Shown piece by piece: positions 33,796-43,422 of a stretch of 58,443 nucleotides of DNA. Each line of letters opens with the position of its first letter. Positions within the stretch are counted from its first letter, which is position 1. The notes beneath the pieces are model-generated. The model had not been told where the DNA came from. It saw only the letters and a list, made by a program, of their open reading frames with translations, and made no database searches. Origin of the DNA: an uncultured virus (IMG/VR IMGVR_UViG_3300010160_000028) (taxonomy: Duplodnaviria; Heunggongvirae; Uroviricota; Caudoviricetes); IMG/VR virus record IMGVR_UViG_3300010160_000028; one strand, 5' to 3'. The translations under genes were made by a program, and so were the position numbers.

Positions 33796-34752
33796 ATGAC
33801 AAATAAAACACCTTATAGACCACTGATTCCTTCTGAGCTATTAAAAGCTGGCAGAGAAGGAAGAATCAATACCTTCTTTGATAAGATCAAAGCAGGAGAA
33901 GAATTTTTACTTATGAGTGGTAAACTCGTAAAGATTAAAAAAGATTCTGATCTTGAAACTTTAGCGATGTCCGCTTATAATTCTGGAAACAAAAAAGCAT
34001 TGGGCGCAATTAAGTTTACTAGTACCACCGGAATAACATATAAATTTGCAGATTTTGCCAAGTCTGCAGAATTTGGCGGTAAAGGTGCGGGTTCTGGTAC
34101 AGTAGCTGAAAATGTCGCGCTTGCAGACATCCAGAAAAAACTAGCAGAAGTTCTTTCTACAGAAAAAACACCTTATATTAAAGTTAAGATTGGCAATGAA
34201 ATTGTAAAAATGGCCGAAGTCATTTCGACTCCCGGTACACCAAAAGCAGACTTTCACGTGATCGATGAGAAAGGTAACGAGGTTGCCTGGATCTCTCATA
34301 AAAAAGGAAGAAAAGCCAATGACTTTCAACAATACGGCGGTATGACTGAAATTAATGATGAAGCCGAGGTTCTTCAGTTTGCTAATGATGTTAAGAAGAT
34401 TCTTGGTGGAAAAAGATTGCCTATGAAGACGGCTTTTGCTCGTCCGGTGTCAGCAAAGAGTGTAGCGTTAAAAACTTTATACGGTAAAGATTATAAAGCG
34501 GGTAAAGCAAGCGGCCGACAGAACATTAACGTTCTTTATCAAGGCCCAATGTCATTTGCAAAAGTAGGCGGAAACTATAAGATCACGAGCAATCATACAG
34601 TAGTGCATGGAGAAATTCCTTCTGGAGACTATGAGTGTTATTACTACTGTCGTCCTGCACAAGATCGCACACAGTTTGGTGTACCAGGAGCTAGATTTTT
34701 TATCGTTGCTAAATTGACTGCAATAAAAAATCGCAACACTTTGATTATTTAG
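33796..34752 (+). CDS. Late protein with PD-(D/E)xK nuclease-like motif
   Basis: E...; PKADF...ISHK arrangement resembles restriction-endonuclease-fold catalytic residues. Confidence 0.45.
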   Translation: MTNKTPYRPLIPSELLKAGREGRINTFFDKIKAGEEFLLMSGKLVKIKKDSDLETLAMSAYNSGNKKALGAIKFTSTTGITYKFADFAKSAEFGGKGAGSGTVAENVALADIQKKLAEVLSTEKTPYIKVKIGNEIVKMAEVISTPGTPKADFHVIDEKGNEVAWISHKKGRKANDFQQYGGMTEINDEAEVLQFANDVKKILGGKRLPMKTAFARPVSAKSVALKTLYGKDYKAGKASGRQNINVLYQGPMSFAKVGGNYKITSNHTVVHGEIPSGDYECYYYCRPAQDRTQFGVPGARFFIVAKLTAIKNRNTLII

Positions 34753-34788
34753 CATGTACATTTTATCAAAACTATGGTAGAGTAAACT

Positions 34789-35394
34789 ATGATAAAGAAA
34801 CGTTTCAGAGAGTTTGTTGGTTCAGGTACGCTTACGATATTCGATATCGATGAGACGCTGTTCCATACATATGCAAAGGTTGCTGTTGTGAAAGATGGCA
34901 AGGTTGTTCGAATGCTCGACAACCAAGAGTTCAACACTTACAAACGTAAGAAGGGTGAAACCTACGACTTCGGAGAGTTTGCAAATGCTGAGGTGTTTCG
35001 CAAGTCATCTAAACCAATCACTCGAATGGTTGCCAAAACAAAAGCGATCTTTGCTAACTCAAAGAAGAATCCTCATAGTCGAGTGATTATCTGCACAGCA
35101 CGAGCTGACTTCGATAATAAGGATATCTTCCTTCAGACGTTCAGAGATCATGGTCTACCTATCGATAATATCCATGTCGAACGCGCTGGTAACCTGAAGA
35201 TAGACTCTTCGGCAGAAGCCAAGAAGATCATTTTTCGGAAGTATATAAATACTAAGAACTACGTAAAGCTTCGGTTGTTTGATGATGCTCCGAGCAATCT
35301 TCAAGCATTTCTTTCGTTAAAGAAAGAATTTCCTAACATTACGTTCGAAGCTTATTTTGTAAATCCTGATGGATCGGTAAAAACAGTACGATGA
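34789..35394 (+). CDS. HAD-superfamily phosphatase (PNK 3'-phosphatase-like)
   Basis: FDIDETL, CTAR, K, LFDD...NL; promoter TGTACA(34755)-N17-TAGAGT. Confidence 0.75.
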   Translation: MIKKRFREFVGSGTLTIFDIDETLFHTYAKVAVVKDGKVVRMLDNQEFNTYKRKKGETYDFGEFANAEVFRKSSKPITRMVAKTKAIFANSKKNPHSRVIICTARADFDNKDIFLQTFRDHGLPIDNIHVERAGNLKIDSSAEAKKIIFRKYINTKNYVKLRLFDDAPSNLQAFLSLKKEFPNITFEAYFVNPDGSVKTVR

Positions 35395-36560
35395 CAACCT
35401 TTAAAGATTTCCTTGCCGAAGAGCTCGACGAAAGTAAACTTACGCATCTTGAGCATGCTGAAGATCACGTGATTAATGCTGGTCATGAAGGCTTTTCTCA
35501 TGCCTATCATAATCTGAAAGATGTGCATGATAAGTTGACTGGTAAGAAGAACGATACCAAAGTGACTATGAAGTATGATGGTTCTCCTTCTGTAGTATTT
35601 GGTCGTCATCCTCAAACCGGTCGATTCTTCGTGGCATCAAAGTCTGCCTTTAATAAGAATCCGAAGATTAACTACACCGAAGAAGATATTCAAAAGAATC
35701 ACGGTCATGCTCCGGGTTTGGTAGAAAAACTCAAAGCAGCTTTACAACATCTTCCGAAAGTCACACCGAAGAAAGGTGTTTTCCAAGGTGATATTATGCA
35801 TACGCCTAATGATGTGCATGAATCTGATGGTCGCGTGCACTTTACTCCAAATACGATTACGTATTCTGCTGCGAGAGCTTCAGCGCAAGGCCAAGCTGCT
35901 TTAAACGCAAAGATAGGCATTGCCGTTCATACGAAGTATAATGGTAATAATCTCGAAGATATGCAAGCCGAACACGGCGCTGATTTGAGCGAGTTTGGAT
36001 TGCATAGAGATGTGCATTTGATTTCTACTGCTCATCGCCTTGATAATATTAAATATACTCCTCAGCAACGAGAAAGATTTGCAAGGGCGATGGCTGCTGC
36101 AGCAAAGGCGAATAAAAAAACAAAGCCTGAAACGTATGAAGCGATCAAAGGCCACGAGGTTCCACTCAAGACTTACATTAATCATACTGTTCGTACCGGT
36201 ACAAGACCGAATGTCGAAGGTTTTATGAATCACTACATCAAGTCGCAACAGAAAAGGGTTGATAGTGTAAAAACCGAAAAAGCAAAAGCAGCAAAAACTG
36301 CCGAGATGGAAACGGCAATTGGTCATGTTCAACGCAATCGTGCGCATTTTGAAAATGTATTAAATCAACATAAGGCGCTGCAGAAGGCCAAGAACATATT
36401 AACGAATACACTTTCAAGTAATTCAGAATTTGATCATAGTATTAATGGAAAGAAAGCAAAGCCTGAAGGCTTTGTGGTAGTCAGACATAATCGTCCTACT
36501 AAGTTTGTTGATCGCGCTGAGTTCTCGGCGGCCAATTTTAATAGAGGTAAACCAGCATGA
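35391..36560 (+). CDS. Ligase-like nucleotidyltransferase (DUF6267-like)
   Basis: KYDG motif I, FQGD, EGFVV, KFVDRAEFS; N-terminus MTTFKDFLAEE. Confidence 0.6.
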   Translation: MTTFKDFLAEELDESKLTHLEHAEDHVINAGHEGFSHAYHNLKDVHDKLTGKKNDTKVTMKYDGSPSVVFGRHPQTGRFFVASKSAFNKNPKINYTEEDIQKNHGHAPGLVEKLKAALQHLPKVTPKKGVFQGDIMHTPNDVHESDGRVHFTPNTITYSAARASAQGQAALNAKIGIAVHTKYNGNNLEDMQAEHGADLSEFGLHRDVHLISTAHRLDNIKYTPQQRERFARAMAAAAKANKKTKPETYEAIKGHEVPLKTYINHTVRTGTRPNVEGFMNHYIKSQQKRVDSVKTEKAKAAKTAEMETAIGHVQRNRAHFENVLNQHKALQKAKNILTNTLSSNSEFDHSINGKKAKPEGFVVVRHNRPTKFVDRAEFSAANFNRGKPA

Positions 36561-37168
36561 AGTCAATTCATATTACACAAGGAAGATTTAATCCTGTTCA
36601 TGCTGGACATGCGATGGTTGTACAGAATGTAATGAATGCCGCCAAAAAATAAGGTGCAGATCATAAGATCTTAACGACTGGATCTCATGATGCAAAGAAG
36701 AATCCTTTGACGCCAGAGCAAAAGGTAAAGCATCTTTCTCGCGCTGTCAAGGGTGCACACGTCGAAGCCATGACAAGAGAGCATCCTACGCTTCTTCATC
36801 AGATGTCAAAACTACACAAAGCTGGTTATACTCACGTTACCATGCATGTCGGATCAGATCGTGTTAAAGAATTTCACGCTCTGTTGCATAGATACAATGG
36901 TGCAGAAGGTAAACACGGTCACTATAACTTTAAAAGTATTAAAGTCAAGGCTGTAGGCGGTGAGCGTACGGAAGGCGGAAGTGGAATTGAATCTGCTTCT
37001 GGTACTACGATGCGTAAGCATGCTGCAGCTGGAGATAAGGAATCATTTCATAAGATGGCTCCATCGGGTATGAGTAAAGCACATAAAGATGAATTGTATC
37101 ATGATGTCCGCAAAGGTATGGGTGTCAACGAATCATTTATTATTCGATTTAAAAACTGGATTAGTTGA
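36557..37168 (+). pseudogene. HxGH cytidyltransferase-like gene interrupted by in-frame TAA at 36650-36652
   Basis: MKSIHITQGRFNPVHAGH...KK*GADH...KKNPL...VGSDR...SGTTMR all in one frame. Confidence 0.75.
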
Positions 37169-37187
37169 CTCGTTAAAGTTTCCTTGT

Positions 37188-37195
37188 TATAAATA
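37188..37195 (+). promoter_or_regulatory. T4-type late promoter
   Basis: Exact TATAAATA followed by a structured ~55 nt leader. Confidence 0.75.
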
Positions 37196-37256
37196 GGTTT
37201 GCGGTTAGGCTACGGCAATCCCGTTTGTGTAACAGATAAGCCCAAGGGAAACTCTG

Positions 37257-39299
37257 ATGGAAGATAAGAATAAAAAACCGGTTGATACTCAACAATTAAA
37301 GAAACCAACTGGAAAGTCTGTAACTGGCAAACCGCTTGATGGTATCGAGATCCGTCCTCAGCTTAAGGGTCTCGGAAATCGCCAGCATAACGAGGATACC
37401 GTAGTCCTAACTGACACCTTAGCTGAGAAAAAAGCGTTGACACTTGTTCAACGGCAACGTCGAGCTCGCATCTTAAGAGCCAAAGAACCAAAGATGCAAA
37501 GAGCGAAAGAAGTTTCGCAGCATAAGCTCGCCTCAGAAGATAAGCTGAAGGCTCGAGCAATCAACAAAGCAAGAAACATCGTCAAGATGAGATTCTCAGC
37601 TCGGAAGGGTACACCTTATACCGAGCTTACGACATCTGAAAAGATTCAAGTCGATAGAGTAGTTGATAAGAAAGTTAAGCTAATTCGAAAATTAGCCGCT
37701 CGTCTTTTGCCTTCTCTTCGAAAAGCAGAAGTCAATCGTTTGGCTTCATTTCAATCCGGAGCAAAATTGCAGCATGCGACTGCAGGTCCGGTCGTCAACG
37801 AACAATTCAATAATATTGTCGAGAGTCTTGATAATAAGACTTCGATGCAGCTCGTCGACATTATCGGCGAATCGATCGATGCTCTCAACGAGAACGACAA
37901 CTCGATGGGAATCACGCTGAAGAGACTGCTGAATGCAGTTCTTCCAGAAGATGCCGCAACTTCTACTCTTATTCAAAAATCCGAAAGAACCGGCATACCG
38001 TTCTCGACCCTCAGAGAGGTGTTCGAGCGCGGTTCTTTTGCGTGGGAAAATGACGGTAGAACTACGCAAGAACAATTTTCTTTTGCAAGAGTCAATAGCT
38101 ATATTGCCAAAGGAAAAGCATGGACACTCGATGCAGATCTTCGCGAAGAGAAACTTATCAATGATAAACTCGATAGCATATTCGAATCTGCCTATCATAC
38201 TGGACTGAGTGCATCGACTGCCAAGGCGCGCGAATCTCACTGGAAGAAGATGGCAAAATATTCTGACAAAGATGATCGTGCATATCAAGATGCACCTGGT
38301 GACAAGGCAGCTCGGAAGAAGCCGATGCCGCAATCTGTACATACCAAGAAATATCATGCTATGTACGGAGAAGATGTCAACGAAGGTCTTTGGGCTAACA
38401 TTCATGCCAAGCGCAAGAGAATTGCAGCTGGATCTGGTGAACGCATGCGTAAGCCTGGATCGAAAGGTGCTCCAACGCAGGCTGGATTGCAATCAGCTCA
38501 AGAAGCAACAGAAGATCAAGTAGGTAATCAAATCGCTGATACTGCAAGACATGGTAAAATCAGATATGTCGGCGTAAGAACTGCTGCGCACAAAGAAACT
38601 GGTACTCAAGAACGTCAAGAAGTTCAGTATATAAAGCGAAATGCTTCGACTATCAAGAAAGAAAAAGACGCCGATCCTCAACAGATTCGCTTAGCTCAAG
38701 ATCAGATTAAAAACAAAGTGATCGACGAGTCGAACAATACACCATATGTCAAGCCTTTTACAGAAAAAGGCAGCACTGAACAACGTGGATGGAAAGCTTC
38801 GAATAAGCATGGCAATGTCAAGTACTTTGGATTGAACTTTAAAGCTTCTGCGCATAAGCATGCAGGAATCAATGAAGCTGCCGAAAAGCATCCGATTGTC
38901 AAAGAATACGACGCATTAAAAAAGCACGATATTAAAACGCTGCATGGACTTATTAAACAACAAAGCAAAGTAGTTGATACATCGGAATTTAAAACAAAAG
39001 ACCGTGCAATATCACAGTATTTGCGTAATAAACATGGCCACAAAAAAGTAGATGCTGCATTTGGATTTAACGAAGATACTTCTGCAACTCGCGAAGTTGG
39101 TACAAAATCGCTTGTCAAGAAGTATCAGAAAGAAACTCCTGGCCAAGAAAAAGCAGATATCAACGAGATATTCAATACAGCTTTTGATGAAGATATCGAG
39201 CGCAGATCAGATTTTCGAATGGTCAAAGTTCGTACTCCAACCGGATTTGTTTGGAGAAAAGTTAAGAAAGAAGCAGATATTGAGAGAGACGCAGAATGA
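37257..39299 (+). CDS. Large modular late protein, putative internal head (poly)protein
   Basis: Basic modules separated by (I/L/V)xE sites; contains LREVFERG..AW...FARVNSYI and GLWANIHAKRKR modules. Confidence 0.55.
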   Translation: MEDKNKKPVDTQQLKKPTGKSVTGKPLDGIEIRPQLKGLGNRQHNEDTVVLTDTLAEKKALTLVQRQRRARILRAKEPKMQRAKEVSQHKLASEDKLKARAINKARNIVKMRFSARKGTPYTELTTSEKIQVDRVVDKKVKLIRKLAARLLPSLRKAEVNRLASFQSGAKLQHATAGPVVNEQFNNIVESLDNKTSMQLVDIIGESIDALNENDNSMGITLKRLLNAVLPEDAATSTLIQKSERTGIPFSTLREVFERGSFAWENDGRTTQEQFSFARVNSYIAKGKAWTLDADLREEKLINDKLDSIFESAYHTGLSASTAKARESHWKKMAKYSDKDDRAYQDAPGDKAARKKPMPQSVHTKKYHAMYGEDVNEGLWANIHAKRKRIAAGSGERMRKPGSKGAPTQAGLQSAQEATEDQVGNQIADTARHGKIRYVGVRTAAHKETGTQERQEVQYIKRNASTIKKEKDADPQQIRLAQDQIKNKVIDESNNTPYVKPFTEKGSTEQRGWKASNKHGNVKYFGLNFKASAHKHAGINEAAEKHPIVKEYDALKKHDIKTLHGLIKQQSKVVDTSEFKTKDRAISQYLRNKHGHKKVDAAFGFNEDTSATREVGTKSLVKKYQKETPGQEKADINEIFNTAFDEDIERRSDFRMVKVRTPTGFVWRKVKKEADIERDAE

Positions 39300-39589
39300 T
39301 CGGATTTAAAGAGTTCATCACTGAGCGTGGCGAAGACTCGAAAGGTCATTTCATTGCCACTGAAAAAGGTGCAGGAATGACTGTGAAAGGTGTCAAAGCT
39401 TTTCGCGCAAAGAATCCTGGATCGAATCTACAAACTGCTGTCACAGGTAAAGTCAAACCCGGATCAAAAGATGCAGGAAGACGCAAGTCATTCTGTGCTC
39501 GTATGAGTGGTAATAAAGGCCCAATGAAAGACGAGAAAGGCAGACCGACTCGTAAAGCAATGTCATTAAGAAGATGGAAGTGTAACTAA
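39296..39589 (+). CDS. Basic small protein (DUF6321-like), putative internal head protein
   Basis: MIGFKEFITE N-terminus; NPGS.L..AV...RRKSFCARM...RRWKC. Confidence 0.6.
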   Translation: MIGFKEFITERGEDSKGHFIATEKGAGMTVKGVKAFRAKNPGSNLQTAVTGKVKPGSKDAGRRKSFCARMSGNKGPMKDEKGRPTRKAMSLRRWKCN

Positions 39590-40026
39590 TGGAAGAGATC
39601 ACAAACCCTTTAAAGGTCGCGTTTGCAGACACCTATGCGCTTTACGTGAAGGCTCAAAACTATCATTGGAATGTCGAAGGACCAATGTTCCCGATGTATC
39701 ATGAATTCTTTGGTAACATCTACGAAGAAGTCGGCGGTGCCATTGATCCTTTCGCCGAAGAGATTCGAGCCCAAAAATCTTATGCTCCAGCTTCGTTCGG
39801 AAGGTTCAATGAACTATCAACAATTGAAGATGAATCTCTTATTCAGTTGCTTCCTACAACCATGGTGACTAATCTTTTCGAAGATAATAATCGAGTTCTT
39901 GCTTCTCTTCAACTTGCAAGAGAAGCAGCAGACAAATACAATCAAAACGGTCTCGTTAACTTCCTTGAAGAAAGACTGGATCAGCACAACAAACACGCAT
40001 GGATGCTCCGCGCATCGATGAAATAA
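39589..40026 (+). CDS. dps: Dps / ferritin-like DNA protection protein
   Basis: KAQNYHWNVEGPMF..YHEFF..IYEE...D.FAE.IR...H.K..WML. Confidence 0.88.
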   Translation: MEEITNPLKVAFADTYALYVKAQNYHWNVEGPMFPMYHEFFGNIYEEVGGAIDPFAEEIRAQKSYAPASFGRFNELSTIEDESLIQLLPTTMVTNLFEDNNRVLASLQLAREAADKYNQNGLVNFLEERLDQHNKHAWMLRASMK

Positions 40027-40060
40027 TTTCATAAATAGATTTAAATTTACGGAGCAAAAA

Positions 40061-42295
40061 ATGTTAACGAATAAAATCACAGGATTCAGTGCTGATCTTC
40101 TCAACACAGTAAGAGGCATTCTTGGCGAAGCGAAGAAACATGCTGACGATTGCGAGTGCGAAAAGTGCGAAGCAGAAGAGATGGAAGAAGGCCATATGCC
40201 TACTGCCGACGAACCGACTGATGCAAACAAGAAAACTGCAGATAAAGTTCGTGCGATGATGGCTAAAGAAAAGAAGCCAATGAAAGAAGAAATTCTGGAA
40301 ATGGTGGAAGAAGCATCAAGTGGTCTTGCAGATAAAGCAAAGAAATCTGGTGTATCTTTGTCAACCTTGAAAAAAGTATATGCTCGTGGCATTGCAGCTT
40401 GGAATAGCGGCCATCGTCCTGGTACAACTCCACAACAGTGGGCCCATGCTCGTGTGAATTCTTATATTACGAAGGGTAAAGGCACATATGGCGGTGCTGA
40501 CAAAGATCTTCATAGCGAAAGCCACGATATGCCATTCGAAGGCCCATATAAAGAAGTCGGCCAGCGCAAAGACGAATACGGCAATAAAGTAAAGAACGTT
40601 GCCAAGTATCTTGCAAAGAAGGCAATGAATAAGCAGAAGAACGAAGAAGTCGAGCAGGTTGATGAGATCTCTTCTGATATGGCTTATCGCTATCTAAAAG
40701 GGAAGCGCGAAAGAGATTACGACATCAGCGCAGATGGTAAATCAAGCACAACAAAGAAACCACAGACTTTTGCTAAGATGAACAAAGACGCAAAGAGTTC
40801 TATGCGTGCGCTCAGAACAATTGAGAAAGCCAAAAAAGCCAATGAAGAAGCAGAGCATAACAACTGTGGAACTCTCGAATGCTGCGGCGAATGCGATACA
40901 GCCACACAAATCGATGAAACTGCAAAGATTGTTGCTCATCTTCAAAAGCGTTACGGCGATAACATTCGTAAAAGCCATGTTCGCTCCGCAGCCAACGATT
41001 TTGGTGTTGATGCATCGAAGTTAGCGAAGGCAGTACGCACTAAGTTAGGCAAGAATATGCTTGACGAAGAAGATGATGGCTGGTATACCCATTCTCAGAT
41101 GCACGGTTCAAAGAAAAGTGAAAAGCACCCAAAGGGTATTTCGGCTGATGAATGGAAATCTGGCATTAGATGGCATCATGGTAAGAATAAAAGAATTAAT
41201 ATTAAAGAAGAAGTTGAAGAGCTCGACGAGATCTCAAAGGCAACAATGGGCCGTTATATCAATAAAGCCAAAGACTCGATTGATATCGTTTCTTATAGAC
41301 AAGGGCACAAAGAAGCCCACGGTAGTTCTGCAGCGGGTGCTGAAAAGAAACTCACAAAGCGTCATAAAGGTATCGAAACTGCAGTTAAGAAACTGACCAA
41401 GGAAGAGCAAGACTTTGTTGATTCGTTGAACAATGAAATATTTGAAAAAACAGATCCTTATGATATTGCTGGTATGATCAAAAAAGCAAAAGCAAAGAAT
41501 GATCCAAACCATCCTGCTATGAAGCATGTTGCAGCAATCGAAGATATCAAAAAGCATGGTGGTGCACTATCTGTTCAAGGCGATCATGTCAGATCTCTTA
41601 TAAAAGCGTTAGGCGAAGATGCAAATGTTGGTCAGATCGACGAGATCTCTAAGGGCAAGGCTATGAATGCTTTACAATATGCCGCTTCGGATCCAGATGA
41701 TGTGCGCGGCTATACTCTTCAAAAGAAGATTGCTAAGAAGTGGCCTAACATGGCAAAACACGCGGCAGATGCTTCATATACTGCTGCTTATGGTAGATCG
41801 GGTAGAGATATTTTCCAAGATCGTGATAAGTTAGCTGACCGTGCACGTTCTTCTTATCGAATGACCAAGGGCGGTAAGGCAAACAAGCAGGATCTCAAGG
41901 CACGTTTCCGTAAAGAAGAAGTAGAACTTGACGAAGCTCGTGGCCGTCCTAAAAAAGGTGTAGCCAAAGACTTTACGATTCATCCGAGAACTAAAGAAAA
42001 ATTGATGCATAACAATCCTGCAGATATGGCCAGAATTGAAAGACTTCAGAAGAACAAAGTTCTTGCAAAACCAAAAGTCGAAGCTGACGAACATATCATG
42101 AATCAACTTCAAAAAGCGAAGACATCGATGTTAGGTGGATCTAAAATCAACTTTACACACGGTGATTCGAAAGAAGTTTCAGGTACACATGCTGCAAAGA
42201 TTTTGTCGAAGTATGCTGGCATGAAACCAACAGAGAAAGAAGCCTTTCAAAAGTTTGTAGGTCATTCTCATGAAAACCTCATGAAACACGTATAG
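40061..42295 (+). CDS. Large modular late protein, putative internal head (poly)protein
   Basis: CATAAATA at 40030, GGAG RBS; repeated EEVE-x-(L/V)DEIS spacers; LKKVYARG.AAW...QQWAHARVNSYI module. Confidence 0.55.
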   Translation: MLTNKITGFSADLLNTVRGILGEAKKHADDCECEKCEAEEMEEGHMPTADEPTDANKKTADKVRAMMAKEKKPMKEEILEMVEEASSGLADKAKKSGVSLSTLKKVYARGIAAWNSGHRPGTTPQQWAHARVNSYITKGKGTYGGADKDLHSESHDMPFEGPYKEVGQRKDEYGNKVKNVAKYLAKKAMNKQKNEEVEQVDEISSDMAYRYLKGKRERDYDISADGKSSTTKKPQTFAKMNKDAKSSMRALRTIEKAKKANEEAEHNNCGTLECCGECDTATQIDETAKIVAHLQKRYGDNIRKSHVRSAANDFGVDASKLAKAVRTKLGKNMLDEEDDGWYTHSQMHGSKKSEKHPKGISADEWKSGIRWHHGKNKRINIKEEVEELDEISKATMGRYINKAKDSIDIVSYRQGHKEAHGSSAAGAEKKLTKRHKGIETAVKKLTKEEQDFVDSLNNEIFEKTDPYDIAGMIKKAKAKNDPNHPAMKHVAAIEDIKKHGGALSVQGDHVRSLIKALGEDANVGQIDEISKGKAMNALQYAASDPDDVRGYTLQKKIAKKWPNMAKHAADASYTAAYGRSGRDIFQDRDKLADRARSSYRMTKGGKANKQDLKARFRKEEVELDEARGRPKKGVAKDFTIHPRTKEKLMHNNPADMARIERLQKNKVLAKPKVEADEHIMNQLQKAKTSMLGGSKINFTHGDSKEVSGTHAAKILSKYAGMKPTEKEAFQKFVGHSHENLMKHV

Positions 42296-42302
42296 GTGTA
42301 AT

Positions 42303-42518
42303 ATGGCAATTAATGTTGGAAATTTTGTAGTAAAAAATAAAACGGTTGAAACAGAAACTTTACCAGAAGTTGAAGTTGCTATTGAAAATGAAGAAGTTGC
42401 GCCTTTACCCCAAGTTGTACAAATGGAAGAAGGCACTGTTATTCATAATGGTCAACCAAAAAAGTTTAATAAAAAAATGTCGGCATACATGATTGATATG
42501 CTTACATCCGAAGAATGA
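42303..42518 (+). CDS. Hypothetical acidic protein
   Basis: AGGTG RBS; ORF in the late operon. Confidence 0.55.
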   Translation: MAINVGNFVVKNKTVETETLPEVEVAIENEEVAPLPQVVQMEEGTVIHNGQPKKFNKKMSAYMIDMLTSEE

Positions 42519-42552
42519 TAAATAAGACAAAGAATCTTTAGGAGAAACGAAG

Positions 42553-43413
42553 ATGGCTCAATGGGGCAATACAGACGATGCTGCAAACTCGGTCCTATGG
42601 GCCACAACTGCAGTGAACAAAACACCTAACACGGTAAACCAAACTGCACTGTTCGGTAACACCACTGTCGGCGCATTTACTGCTGGCGAAGCAGTCGGCC
42701 AATTTGGTCTTGATGTAAACGAAGTTTCACTTGCAGTTGCCAACGTGGCAGTCGCACAGTATGTGATTACAAGCGGAGGTTCAGGTTATGGAGCGAATGC
42801 TGCAGTCACTGTTGCTAACACAACAGGCGGAGCAAATACACTTGCTGCTAACTCGACACAGACACTCGGTCGTATTACGGCAGTGACTGCAAACGCGACA
42901 ATTCGTGGATATACATCGCGTCCAGCGGTGACAATCGCGGCACCTGCTGCACTTAATATCGTATCGAATACTGCTGGTTTCAGTAATACAAATGATACAT
43001 TTCTTGTTGCAACTGCCAACTCTAAGTTTGCTGTCGGAGACAGAATCTATTACTCAGTTCCTACTGCAAATACTCCAATCGCTCCTCTCTCAGGTAATAC
43101 GTACTACTACATACAAGCGGCGAATACGACAACAATCAAACTCGCAACTGCTCCAAATGGCGATGCGATTGATCTGACTGACACTCGTAACCTTGCATCG
43201 CCTGAAACACACACAGTACGAGGTGATACTGCAACGGCTGAAGCTGTTCTCACCGGTTTCGGTGCTATCGACGGCGCAGCACACACCGGTTGGGTACTTC
43301 GCACAGTCGGAAGTGGCGGTCGTGCAGGCCGCGTTCAGTATGAAACACTCGTTGCAATGGGTGGAAACTTCTCGACTGACGCATCTGACGACGCAATCTT
43401 GCCAGACGCATAA
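42553..43413 (+). CDS. Putative virion structural protein
   Basis: GATAAATA plus AGGAG; A/T/N/G-rich; MAQWG...HTGWV...GRV..ETLVAM pattern of T4-like virion proteins. Confidence 0.65.
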   Translation: MAQWGNTDDAANSVLWATTAVNKTPNTVNQTALFGNTTVGAFTAGEAVGQFGLDVNEVSLAVANVAVAQYVITSGGSGYGANAAVTVANTTGGANTLAANSTQTLGRITAVTANATIRGYTSRPAVTIAAPAALNIVSNTAGFSNTNDTFLVATANSKFAVGDRIYYSVPTANTPIAPLSGNTYYYIQAANTTTIKLATAPNGDAIDLTDTRNLASPETHTVRGDTATAEAVLTGFGAIDGAAHTGWVLRTVGSGGRAGRVQYETLVAMGGNFSTDASDDAILPDA

Positions 43414-43422
43414 GGATAATAT

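Noticed and set aside
37246..37262. Hammerhead core suggested by GAAAC and CTGATG
   Set aside because: The elements are directly adjacent with no room for the required helices, and the CUGAnGA consensus is incomplete
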